NCBI RefSeq assembly: GCF_006345805.1
Contig: NC_043002.1
Location: 75,516,001 to 75,580,000, forward strand
Origin: Octopus sinensis
Taxonomy: Eukaryota
Direction: 5' to 3'
Length of the DNA: 64,000 nt
Under the pieces are notes generated by a model that was given only the letters and a program-made list of their open reading frames with translations, was not told where the DNA came from and ran no database searches. The position numbers were made by a program, and so were the translations under genes. Below are positions 51,799-64,000 of the stretch, in pieces; positions within the stretch are counted from its first letter, which is position 1; each line of letters opens with the position of its first letter.

Positions 51799-52000
51799 AC
51801 TACTACTACTACTACTACTACTATTGTCATTATTATTACTGTCATTATTACTTAGTAACTAACATTTTATCATACCATCATCTTGGTATTGTTTAGCTGT
51901 TCTATTTTTTTTCTTCTTCTTTTACTTTATAGACTTCTTGATGGTGGTGGTAGTGGTGGCAGCACTGGCTGTGGTAGTCGTAGTGATGGAGGTCTTGCTG

Positions 52001-52043
<43 letters not shown>

Positions 52044-52181
52044 TTCTTTGTAGTGATAAAGGAGGCGGAGAAAGCTTTTATCATTCCTTTCCCATCTTGA
52101 AGCAAGAAGTTCATTTTTAATACCTGTTCATTTGACCATAAGCTTCTTATTGTTTAGGTGCCTCTGCGTGTGCATGTGTGT

Positions 52182-52224
<43 letters not shown>

Positions 52225-52794
52225 ACGGTTCCTGGTTAATGTGAGGTCTTAAAAACATTAGGCAACTAGTCTTCCAACAGATGTTACAGTTTAATGTCAC
52301 TAATTATACAGGTTGCTGGGTTGGAATGTGTGCAATCAAAGGTGTCATGTATATATATTTATATATGTGTGTGTGTGTATACATGTGATCTGTGTTGACA
52401 CACACATATAAACACACATACAAACACATGCACAGACACATATAAACATAGTCATGCTTACAATGTCACACATGGACATTTAAAAAAAAATTTGCTGTGT
52501 GTGTTATATATACATATATATATATATTTTCTGTGTTCTCATATTGAAATGTGTGCATACATGTATTCACGCACACATACTACTCTTCACATGACCACAG
52601 ATGGATGTGTGCGTGCATGTGTGTATGGTTGAAATATTAAGACCATTTGGTTCTGCTCTATGCTGGCAGTAGATACTGTTATATTTAATGTATGCTTGTA
52701 AATTCCTTTCAGTTCCACCAGCTTCTCATCTTCTGCAGTAAATATATCACAGACCTGCTGGATGCTATTAGATTACAATAAAATAGTCTCTTAC

Positions 52795-52802
52795 CTGTAG
52801 CT
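52795..52802 (-). other. Candidate 8-nt microexon or recursive splice site
   Basis: Minus strand CTTTGTTG(T)13CACAG|AGCTACAG|GTAAGAG. Confidence 0.25.
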
Positions 52803-52874
52803 CTGTGAAAAAAAAAAAAACAACAAAGCGTGTATGTATGGTAGCATCTGTATGTATATGCTTGTGCATATGTG

Positions 52875-52904
<30 letters not shown>

Positions 52905-52906
<2 letters not shown>

Positions 52907-53255
52907 GCTGTGTGGTAAGTAGCTTGCTTACCAATCATATGGTTCCGGATTCAGTCCCACTGTGTGGCACCTTGGGCAAGTGTCTTCTGTTAAAGCCTTG
53001 GGCCGATCAAAGCCTTGTGAGTAGATTTGGTAGATGTAAAGTGAAAGAAGCCCATCATATATATATATATATATATGCATGTTTGTGTGTCTATGTTTGT
53101 ACTCCCCACCATCGCTTGACAACCAGTGTTGGTGGGGTTATGTCCACTTAACTTAGCGGTTCAATAAAAGAAACTGATAGAATACATACTAGGCTTACAA
53201 AGAATAAGTCCTGGGATTGATTTGTTCGACTAAATGACTGAAACAAGTAAAAGAG
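52905..53255 (+). mobile_element. SINE family A
   Basis: GGCTGTGTGGTAAGTAGCTTGCTTACCAA..GACTGAAACAAGTAAAAGAG. Confidence 0.88.
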
Positions 53256-53854
53256 AATATATATATATAAATATATAATTGTGCAAATTTATGCTCAAAG
53301 GTTTTCTGACAATGACAATCCTAACTTTTTATGTATCTTGGACTACATTATCCACTGTTTTTTGAAGCTGCTAGTATATTGATTTGGGGGGAAACTTGAC
53401 TGCTATTTCTCAGAGGCTCAATGACCATGTAAAAGGGTCTCTCATTAAAAATGTTTTACATTATTTCATTTATGTTTCTTATTTTTCAGTTGTGATTCTT
53501 TCCCTGTTCCTCCCCTTCACAGTCTATCAAATCTCTGGAACACGTTTGCAGTGTTGGATATCATTTTCTGGCTATTGTTTAACATCCATTGCTGGTGTTT
53601 TAAATATTATGCTTGCAGTTAAGCTGAGTTGTTAAAATAATTTTCCATCTTTTTATCTTGATGCTTTTCCTGTTACTAACCACTCAACTCTGAAGTAGGG
53701 AGTTGAACCTGTTTTTTGTTCCATCAGGTAGTATCAGTGTGTGTGCACCAGACCATGTAACATCCCCCCCCTTTGTGTTCCTTATTACACACTCTCTTCA
53801 CAAACCATACTGTTGTAATAGTGTATCGACAAGAGGGAACAGTTGATATAATCA

Positions 53855-54190
53855 TCACGGTGGCACGTAAAAAGCACCATCCGACCGTGGCTGTTTGACA
53901 GAAGCACCATCTGATCGTGGCTGTTGCCAGCCTCACCTGGCCCCTGTGCCGGTGGCACGTAAAAATCACCATCCGACCATGGCCATTTGCCAGCCTCGTC
54001 TGGCATGTAAAAAGCACCCACTACACTCATGGAGTGGTTGGCGTTAGGAAGGGCATCCAGCCGTAGAAACATTGCCAGATCAGACTGGGCCTGGTGCAGC
54101 CTTCTGGCTTCCCAGACCCCAGTTGAACCGTCCAACCCATGCTAGCATGGAAAGCCTGACGCAAAATGATGATGATGATGATGATGATCA
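53855..54190 (+). mobile_element. RTE LINE 3'-tail fragment (family C) with internal tandem units
   Basis: Three GGCA(C/T)GTAAAAA(G/T)CACC units, then GGAAGGGCATCCAG..CATGCTAGCATGGAAAG..(GAT)n. Confidence 0.85.
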
Positions 54191-54599
54191 CAAGCGATGG
54201 TGAACTGATCAGGTTGAGTCACTTGTTCATGAACTTAAAAGTAAAACTGATACTGTCATTGCTCAATCTTCTAGAAATAGCAGCCAAATTGCCTTCATAT
54301 CACACCAAACCATTTAAAATGGTATAACTTTGGACAATCAAGTCGTAGATACACAAAATAGTTGTCCACTGGATCATAGCTCCTCTATTCAATCAGGAAA
54401 CAACTTGGGGTTAACAATAGCTCATTTTTATACCTTACACAGTTGCATGTTGTCCAGTGGACAAAATATTCTTATGCTTATTTGAATGATCTGTTTTGGC
54501 CTAGTCTGAGCGCTATTAATGCCTGCCTTATAGAAGAGAATTTTCTAAGAGCAGAATCTACAGCTTACTTTCAGTTTTGGGCTGAAATAACTCTGCATA

Positions 54600-54799
54600 C
54601 TCTTTACTCTCTCTCTTTTATGTGTTTCAGTCATTTGATTTTGGCCATGCTGGAGCACTGCCTTTAGTCGTGCAAATCAACCCCAGGACTTATTCTTTGT
54701 ACGCCTAGTACTTATTCTATCAGTCTCTTTTCCTGAACCGCTAAGTCACGGGGACGTAAACACACTGCCATTGGTTGTCAAGTGATGTTGGGGAGACAA

Positions 54800-54836
<37 letters not shown>

Positions 54837-55018
54837 TTTATATATACATATATACGATGGAATTCTTTCAGTTTCCGTCTGCCAAATCCACTCACGAGGC
54901 TTTGGTTGGCCCGAGGCTATAGTAGAAGACACTTGCCCAAGGTGCCACGCAGTGGGACTGAACCTGGAATCATGTGGTTGGTAAACAAGTTACTTACCAC
55001 ACAGCCATTCCTGCGCCT
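54600..55018 (-). mobile_element. SINE family A, full length
   Basis: TTTCAGTCATTTGATT..CCACACAGCCATTCCTGCGCC. Confidence 0.88.
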
Positions 55019-55070
55019 ATTGTAGTAAAGATTTTGGGAAGTATGAATCTTAACATTTTGCTTTCTTTAA

Positions 55071-55287
55071 CCCTTTTGTTATCATGTTTCTGTTGATTTA
55101 CACTGCTTGTGTTTCAATCAATTTTGAAAATGACAGAAAATTCAGTAAATATAACTTATTAAGCTGGTACTTAGAACATAAATCAACATGAAATTTTTTA
55201 TGAAAGTTTTTAATTTAGATTACTTAAAAACAGAAAATGTGTATTATAAAACCCTGGGTGATTTTGAGTAGGTTGGTGTCAAAAGGG
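55071..55287. mobile_element. piggyBac-like MITE
   Basis: TTAA at 55067-55070 and 55288-55291; TIR CCCTTTTG / CAAAAGGG; partial tandem copy at ~55340-55485. Confidence 0.7.
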
Positions 55288-56789
55288 TTAAACCTCTCGT
55301 GTAGTATCTTTGAGAAAGGAATTATAGTCACAGCTTCCATTTATTTCAACCCTGTATTTCAGTTAGTTTTGAAAATAATGAAGACTTTACAAAAATAACT
55401 ATTATTAAGCTGGTGTTTGGAACATAAATTAACACTAAATTTTGACAAAAGGTTTTAATTTGGATAACTTTGAAACAGGAAGTATAAGCATTGAAGGCCC
55501 TTTAAATCTTATCAAGGACATGACATATCTCTAGTGCTGGTGCTACTCAAAATGCACACATTACATTCTATATTATGCAATCGAGCCAAAACTGAAATGT
55601 GAGTGAGTCAAAGTCTCTGACCCATCTCTGAATACATGCTGACACCAGTCATGATGGCCTGTCCAATTCATGCCAGCATGGAAAGTGGATGTATAATGAT
55701 GATGACGGTAGTGATGACAGTGTCTGTGAGGCACTGGAATTTGTAGCTGTAAGGCAGCAAGCTTTTTTTTCTGTTACTCTTCTTAACTTCATGTCTAAAT
55801 CAACCACAAGTAATCTGAAATCTTCATGCAGAAAGTTTTAAGAGATATAACATTTACCAAATTAACTTTAGACTTCTGGTGGGAAGATTTCTTTCTTACT
55901 TCTCCATCCCAGATGTCTGAAAACCAATTGAATCACTACTAATTTAATAATATTTACATTGCCATGCGTGATGCAATGGCCAGTTCTTTGTCAATGGAAT
56001 CTGGTTCCAGGCCTCAGTTTGAATGGCTTCCTGTTGTTCAAAAGTGTCATTAAATAAAAGTAGCATGAATGTCCAATGTGTGACTGCTCCAGCTTTTAAT
56101 AATAACAACATGAACTTCACAAATTCCATTGTCTCTTCTTTTATACATGATAGGCAATATATCTATGTATGGAACCATTCTTGTTGTTGTTGTTATTCTT
56201 GTTAATTAGCCCCAGGTCAACTCTGGTCAAGCTGATCTCTTGATTAAAGGCATGCCATATATGACCATCCCACCTTTATTTTCAGGTATAGTATAATCCA
56301 GACTGCACTATCTGATGTGTCCTGCTTTAAAACAGTAGGATGTGATGTGAAGGAGATTTGGTTGCTATTTCCATTAAGAGGAGCAACAACATAAAATCAT
56401 TTTTGAAGGTAATTTCTGGCATCTTCAGAGGATGTGCACAATAGTGGGTAATGCACATGCACACTGGCTGTCATATCAGTTTGTTACCAAACTCAGAAAC
56501 CATATCCAAAGACAAGGCAGTCTGATGCTGAAGTACTGCATGTTGGTCCTTTTAGGAGCTGTTCCCCGAAAGTTAGTTAAATTCAGTTACCGAAAGCAAG
56601 ATTTGAACATACAACCCATGAGCAGGTAGTCCAGTGCCTTATCCACTCAACCATATTGCTTCTAGTTTGCTTTTCATCCATCTGGGATGGAATGAGGGTT
56701 AATCAAATAAATACCAGTGGCGTACTGAGTGTGATTTAATCAACACTGTACATCGTCCTTCACAAAATGTCTGACTGTGTGCCATTGGA

Positions 56790-57190
56790 TGGCCGAGAAT
56801 TGGTAGAATTGTGAAAGCATCAGACAAAATGGCTTGCAGTATGTGTTCTGGCTTTCTACGTTCAGAGGTCAACTTTGCTTCATCCCTCTGGAATGAAGTG
56901 CCAATCAAGACCTGGGGTCAGTTTAATCAACTAACCTGAAAATTGCTGGCATTGACTCTAAATTAGAAATTATTATTCTTTGACAGAATTGTTTGAGCAT
57001 TTTGGAAAAAATGTTTTGTGGTATTTCTTCAACTGGTTTCTGTCCTGAATTCAAATATTGCTGGGAGTCGACTTTACCTTTCATCCCCCTGGTGCCGATA
57101 AAATAAGGTACCAGTCAACTACTGGGGCCGATGTACTAACTACCCCCCCCTCCCTCTAACCTTGCTGGCCTTGAGCTAAAATTTTGAGAT
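56790..57190 (+). mobile_element. Two decayed SINE family B copies
   Basis: GAGGTCAACTTTGCTTCATCC and GAGTCGACTTTACCTTTCATCC. Confidence 0.7.
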
Positions 57191-57829
57191 AATTATTATT
57201 ATTACTATCATTTTCTTTATTTGTATCATTATACTCCCTCCTTCTTGTCTACCACCTTATCATTATCATGATCATCATCATATCTAAATACTGAAGTGAT
57301 TATTCCTTTTAATGACCACTAGTTGAAAATGAAAGGGAAAGTCTGTGAAAATAAGATTAAAAATTAAGTCCACCTCTTTCTTTCACCCTCTTTTTCTTTC
57401 TTTCTCTCTCTCATTCTATCTGCCTGTCCATCTCCCTCCATTCCCACCACATATTGATTTGCATTGGCCACTGTTGTGTGGCTTGGTCTGGTCTGGTCTG
57501 GTGTATTAACTTAGTATGGTTGTACTGTGAGCTGGTGGTAGTGGCGGTGGTAGGCAGTGTGCAGGGAATAGAACAGAGAGAGAGGGTGGGTGTGTGATCG
57601 GGTCTGGCCAGAATAGACGGGGCTATTGTTGTGTGGTTAGGTCATTTTAACTGTTTATTGGCAGTAATAGCAATTAGGCTGAGAGCAGGCAGTAATCAAT
57701 GACAGTCAAGTCTGGCAGAAGATCATTTACTCTGCTTCTTTCTCTCCTGACTACTTCCAGCATTGATTTGTGAACATCTGTTTAATCACATGAAAGTAGG
57801 ATTCAATGTGGACTTGACAGTATGTCTGA

Positions 57830-57900
57830 TATATGTGTATGAACACACACAAACACATACGTACATGTGTGTGTATGTGTGTATACACATATGTATGCAC

Positions 57901-57948
<48 letters not shown>

Positions 57949-57958
57949 GCATGTTGTG

Positions 57959-58005
<47 letters not shown>

Positions 58006-58072
58006 GTATGTTTGTGTGTGTGTCTATATATATATATATGTGTGTGTGTATGTATATGCATGTTTGTGTGTG

Positions 58073-58111
<39 letters not shown>

Positions 58112-58730
58112 TATGCATGTTTGTGTGTGTGTCTATATATGTATGTATGCATATGTGTATATATATGTATATGCATGTATGTGTGTGTGTTTGTATGTAT
58201 GTATGTATGTGTGTATATATATATATATGTAGGCACACATACACTCACACAATGTATGTACATATATACACATAAAATTGTATTTGTATATTTGTGTGTG
58301 TTTATGTGTGTGTGTGTGTGTGTGTGTATATGGTATTTATACACACATGTGAGCATGCGTATATATACACATGCCTGTACGTGTGTGCGCACGTGTGTTT
58401 ATATACACGTGTGTACATACATATAATAAATACATATGCTCTAGTACACATTCATATATACATGTATAAATGGTAGGCACACACTTACATGCACACATAT
58501 TTTCACACACACACAACATATGTCTGTGTTCACCCAAATATATGCATGTATCTGCCTGTTTATACACAGATATATGCCTGTATATACCTGCATGCATGCA
58601 TGCATATATATTTGTGTGCATGTGTGCATGCATACACACGTGTGTCATCAGTCTTATATGCATGTGTGGGCACACAGACACAGTCAAGTGCACACATGCA
58701 CACGCATAGTCACACACAAAATGCGATGAT
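57830..58730. repeat. Compound (TA)/(TG)/(TATG) microsatellite block
   Basis: Directly visible; explains ORFs 57763..58729. Confidence 0.9.
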
Positions 58731-60359
58731 ATATGATACAGCTGTGGTAGCTGTGAAGGCTTTGGTCATTGATGTATTATTGCTTTTGGTGGTGATATCG
58801 TTAGTCATGTTTTAAGTTGTCGTTGTTGTGATGGTGGTGGCGGCGGTGGCAGTGGTGGTTGTCGTTGTTGTTGTTGTTGGCAATGACGATAGCCATAGTG
58901 GTAGTACACGTGTGGAAGTCGCTGTAGCCATTCAAAATGCAATACTAAGTATATCCAGGAGGGTTTTTACTCTGATGTAATAATGCAGATATTATCCAGC
59001 TTTCATTGTCACAAGGAAACAATCACGGAACGGAATTGTCTCTAGTATCCAATCACTGCTGGCAGCCATTGGTGTTGCTGGTGCATATTGTCACTCGCAC
59101 TCATATACATACACTGGAAGAAATATCGGCTTCCCACAAGTCGACAATCTAACTGAAGGAATCTTCTGTCCGACTGATGTTAGATTAGAGAAGAAATTTT
59201 GCACTATTGATCAAGTGGCCTAATTGAAAAATATCTGATCATTCCGCCTGTCCATTTAAAAGTGTGTGTGTGTGTGTCTTTTCTATTGATTGTAACTAGT
59301 TCTTCAGCTAGCACCTCTCACTCCCTCTACTGTGCACACTGCGTTACTTCAAGTTGGAAAAATAAAATAAAAGGGGTGTTTGTGTACGCACACATTCATG
59401 TTCACTCTCACTCATACACACACATTTGCTTACAAGTGTTCATACGCATATGTTCAGACATTCACACACATGCACATACTTACACACATGTTCACACATA
59501 CGTATTCATGCATGCACACACACACACATATATGCACACACACCATAATTTGTATTGAGCTTTACAACCAATGTTGGAGCTGCAAGTGTGATTATAAAGA
59601 ATATTAGTATTGTTGTGTTAAGGAGGGTACCTCTGCATAGTTCCTAGGTCTGCTAGAAATGGAAACCAAATGTCCCATTAATTTCTCCCTATCATTGGTT
59701 GTTCTTGGGGGTGTGTGCAAAAAATAAGTGATATTGGATAATATATACAAAAAACACTATATCTAGAAGAAAAGATGAGATGGCCACAGTTGGAACATCT
59801 CTCGTCATGCGTCTCGTTGGCAAGGGCTTATCTTGGGATTAAACAACTTTATATCTGCATTGGCAACAATAGTTAGGACTATATTCACTACTTGTAACTA
59901 ATATTACACACATAAAAGGTTGTAAGTGTGGAGATAACTTCTCTAGTGTTGGCATCTGGCTAAAAATATCAGAATAATTCTGTTGTAATAATTGTTTGTA
60001 GGATGGGAATCCGATCTTTAAACATGAATCTGCTACAACTTCTGGTATAATAGATTTCCTCTGACAGTAATTACTCATAGGCAGTGTTCATAACTTTCAG
60101 ATGTCATTCCAAACTGGCAAAGCCACAATGTGGTTGATAAACAAACTGAACGTCTGTAAGATGACATCTATAGGGAAAAATGTGGCTGGAGGGAATTTCC
60201 AGAAGATTGTGTTTCTAGGGTGGAAGAAATGATTAAATTGTTTAGTGAAGAGGTTTGGATAGTGAGTGAAAATATATGTAGTCATTGGAGAAAAATTAGG
60301 TACTTCAACTTGGCTTGAGCTGAAGTGAGTAGTCATCATCATCATTGTGCAACATCTAC

Positions 60360-60551
60360 CTTTCCATGTAGTGGCTATGCTGGAGCACCATGTTGAAGGA
60401 TTTAGTCCAAAAAAATTGCCCTCAGTACTTATTATTTTTTTAAGAATCAGATACTTATTTTATCAGTCAGTTTTGCTGAGCTGTTAAGTTACAGAGATGC
60501 AAAGAAACCAACACTGGTTGTCAAGTGGTGGTGATGAATAAATACAGGTAT

Positions 60552-60582
<31 letters not shown>

Positions 60583-60778
60583 TTCATTGTGTGTGTGTGT
60601 GTGTGTGTGCACACAATATGATCTTCCACTCAGTTTCCATCTACCAAATTCATTCACAAGGCTTTGGTCAGCTTGGTACCATAGTAGAAAACACTTGCCA
60701 AGGTGTCATACACTGGAATTGAACCTGAAACTGCATAGCTACAAAGCAAGCTCTTCTTAACCACACAGCTATGCCTGT
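60360..60778 (-). mobile_element. SINE family A, CpG-decayed
   Basis: GGCTATGCTGGAGCACC..ACTGGTTGTCAAG..CCACACAGCTATGCCTG. Confidence 0.8.
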
Positions 60779-61320
60779 ACTTATTGTTGTCAAAAAGTTT
60801 TTTATGTTTATTTTAAAATTTAATTTTAACTTAGCATATTTTTCTTTCTTTCTTTGTTTTTTTTTCCCCCCATTTTCGTTGAATGTGGATTATTTAGCTT
60901 CGGTTTAACATATTATTAGCTTTATATAAAGTGGTTAATCGCTTGAATTAGGAGAAGCAGCCTTGGTTACAGTTTGTATCTATGATCAAGACTTATGCTT
61001 GCCCTTGGGCTACCAAAGAATGAAATCACGGCAACTAATCCACTTAATCCTACTTCAGAAACTTCATCTTGTGACACATTGATTTGGCTGGTGGTGGGTT
61101 CTCTTAGATGGTCACTTGAAAGTAGGAGACTTACTTAATGTCATAAATACCACTAGCAACACCACCACCACCACCACCATCATTACAAATACTACATTCA
61201 TCACCACCACCACTACTTCTGCCACTACTTCCACCACCACCACCACCACCACTTTCACCATCATAATGCCCTGTTTAAATTTTAATACAGTCCTGTTTTC
61301 TTTCTTGCTCTCGCCCTCTA

Positions 61321-61356
<36 letters not shown>

Positions 61357-61967
61357 ATATGCACATATGCACACTCACACATTCTCAATCTTTATTTCTT
61401 TCAAGTTATTATTACATGTCTTATTTTTGCATGTGTTAAGATCTTCCTCCTTTTGGTCCCTTCTCGTCCTTCTTCACCTTCATTATCTTTCCTGATGAGG
61501 ACATGCATTTCAACTGTGAACACAAATTGCCACCATACTCCTTCCGCCATCAAGGTCCTTTTTGAACAGTCCTTACTTCTCATACTCCTTTTAAACCATA
61601 AACCATAAGTCCTTCTATATCTGGCTTCTCTATTTTTCTCTGCCCTCTTTTCTCTCTGTCAATTTTTTGTTTCTTCCAGCTGTCATTTCCATTCCACTCT
61701 TTGTTATACCTGTTTCCTTTTCCTTGTCTTTTCTCTCTTATATCTCCTCATATCTACCATCTCCTATCCTGTTCTTCATGCCTAGTCTTTCTCTATTCTC
61801 TTATTTTTCTGGTTTGTTCTTTCCTCCTGCATCATCTCTACTCTTTGTCTTAGAATGATTTGAATAGCTGAGTAGTCTGTTAAATTACAAGACTAGAAAT
61901 ATGCTAGAACATGGATGGCTTGTCTATGTAGCGCTAATGATGATAGTTTCTTGGTGCTGTAGATTAA

Positions 61968-62180
61968 CCCACTGTATTTATTTTGAGATGCTCTGTGTTT
62001 CTTTCAATTGCTTTAAATATAGCAAAGAATTTTGTAAAATAACTTAGTTATCATTCAGCTAGTGTTAGGAACATAAATTATAACTAAGGTTTGGTGGAAG
62101 ATTTTAATTTGAAACTTATGAAAACAAAACATTTGTATTCAGAGCCAGAGCCAGTTTCAGCCAGGTTGTTAATGAATGGG
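61968..62180. mobile_element. piggyBac-like MITE (diverged)
   Basis: TTAA|CCCA..TGGG|TTAA (61964-61967, 62181-62184); internal similarity to 55071-55287. Confidence 0.55.
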
Positions 62181-62866
62181 TTAATTATGGACAATGGTAG
62201 AACAAGGAAATTTTGAGAAAAATTACTTTAATCAGATCTCTTACTTCCTTTTTCACCAAATTATTGAGTGAAATTATCTCATTTCATAAAGGAAAGAGAT
62301 ATATCTTTGGTACACTTTGTAAGAACTTTTGTTCCTGTGTAAATTACCTAAGTTTGAGCCTTTATATCTTGTGTAGAACAACTATGAAATTATCAAAAAA
62401 ATTTGATCCAGAACAAAATAGAAAGACACAATACATATTTCCATTATATCCTTCCCTGCAGGAAGATGGTAAAACTTGCAAATGTGAATGGCATGCTCTG
62501 TTTAATTCACAGAACTTTTAAATTTCACCCTCTTCCATTTTTGTCTCACACATATTTGTGTATAAAGGTGTACAGATAGATGTTCTCATGAGTAACAAGA
62601 AAAAAAAAAGGAAGATATTTAGAGTGCTCCGTGTATACTTTTGGAGAAAGAGCATAGAGTCAGTTAATGTGTGTGAGTACGTGTGTATATATACTTATAT
62701 ATACACATATACATACACACATGCACGCACAGGCACACACACACAAGTATGTATTTATATACATTTATATTGATATATCTATATAAATATGTACATATAT
62801 ATACATACATATATATAAATATATACTCATATATATATTGATATATTTATGTATATACATACATAC

Positions 62867-62897
<31 letters not shown>

Positions 62898-64000
62898 GGC
62901 ACACACATACATTCATACATATATACATACATAGAGAAAGCTGATAACATGCTGGGTTCCTTCTGCCATGTTTGTTCCTTTGGAAACTCTTGAGAATTTT
63001 TACTTCTTTTTAAATCCTGGATTAGGATTAAAAATCAAGCATATGAAGGTTTTATTTATCTAGTTATTTACTTTTATTTTATTTATTTACTCTACCAGCT
63101 TCTTATGAATCTAGATATGTCCTACCTTTAAAGATGAACAAAATACAATTGAAATGCTAAAGAATGAATGTGTGTGTGTGTGTGTGTCTGTGTGTGTGTG
63201 AGTGAAAGAACGAAATAAGTAAACTTGTAGATGTCTCATTTTAAATCCTAATCTATACTTAAGGAGAATATGTATAATCATGTATAAACTAGAACAGAAA
63301 TAGTTAATATGGATGATGATGATGATGATGATAAAAGGCATTTGTGTATACAACTCTGTTGCTCACATGTACATGTAAATGCCTGGAGATACACATACAC
63401 ACACAATTACTTAAGGTTGTGCAGTTCGTAACGGCACTATGAACAACGATGCTTTTCTTTCATCAGTTCAAATCCCTCCATGGTTGAATGTGTTAGCCAT
63501 TTGTTTCGCTGCTGTTAACAAACTGTTTACTAAAAAATAAGCTGCAAGAATAACTTATGTTCATACTTCTCTGCTTTAGATCACAATTGGTGGGCAATAG
63601 CCTTATTGGTTACAGGTTTCCAATGGACCAATCACTAACTCACTGCATTTATGACAACAGATCTGATGAGAATATGTCTAATCGGGTGAAAGAGACATCA
63701 CTCATAAAACATCATCTGTTTTTTTTTCTTTCATTTTCATCAATCATTATTCCTGGGATGGACATGGTGGGTACAGTCCTCAGCAACTCCTCGATAGAAT
63801 CCTATCAGAAGCAACTGTCATTACACTCCAAGTGCTGTACTGTAAGATTTGGACCTGGAATCATTTGAATGCCAGCCAAATTCCTTAACCTCTCAACCAT
63901 GCCTGTTGGATCCCCAAACATAAATAACTAACTGAAATTAATCACCCATATCCTAACCCTAACCCTAACTGTCCATCCCAAGGTCTCTTGCTAGTTAGCA

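Noticed and set aside
53384-53635. Hydrophobic 83-aa ORF resembling a membrane protein
   Set aside because: Non-ATG start, T-rich composition explains the hydrophobicity, and no convincing splice sites or family motif.
41802-58729. Tyr/Ile/Val/Cys-rich ORFs at 41.8-42.3, 50.7-51.2 and 57.8-58.7 kb
   Set aside because: Microsatellite read-through.
63580-63615. 36-nt phase 1-1 exon DHNWWAIALLVT
   Set aside because: The acceptor is reasonable but the donor GTTTCC is very poor; no other support.
63663-63700. CTGATGA...GAAA hammerhead
   Set aside because: No stem II, stem I or stem III pairing. CTGATGA at ~36638 fails in the same way.
63952-63969. Telomeric (CCCTAA)n
   Set aside because: Only about 3 units followed by ordinary sequence; such short tracts are common inside repeats.

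Overview
AT-rich, microsatellite-saturated animal genomic DNA, mostly intronic or intergenic. The SINE families and simple-repeat load resemble an octopod cephalopod genome; this is recognition from memory, not a search result. No complete host gene can be supported, and almost all long ORFs in the track are microsatellite read-throughs. Supported content: three abundant SINE or LINE-tail families (about 30 copies); a 5'-truncated RTE-clade LINE (about 30.1-31.8 kb); a near-full-length Tc1/mariner element with a DD36E triad (38238-39490); hAT-like and piggyBac-like MITEs; and two Penelope-like element ends carrying minimal hammerhead ribozyme motifs (10369-10403 and 51146-51184, minus strand). 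A CpG-retaining domain (about 8.5-27.9 kb) lies between CpG-depleted flanks. It holds candidate promoters and two candidate first coding exons on opposite strands (+ 17956/18008-18080; - 25201-25120). A few short exon candidates with good splice sites lie further right. The exon and promoter calls are low-to-moderate confidence. Repeat boundaries are approximate unless TIRs or TSDs are quoted.
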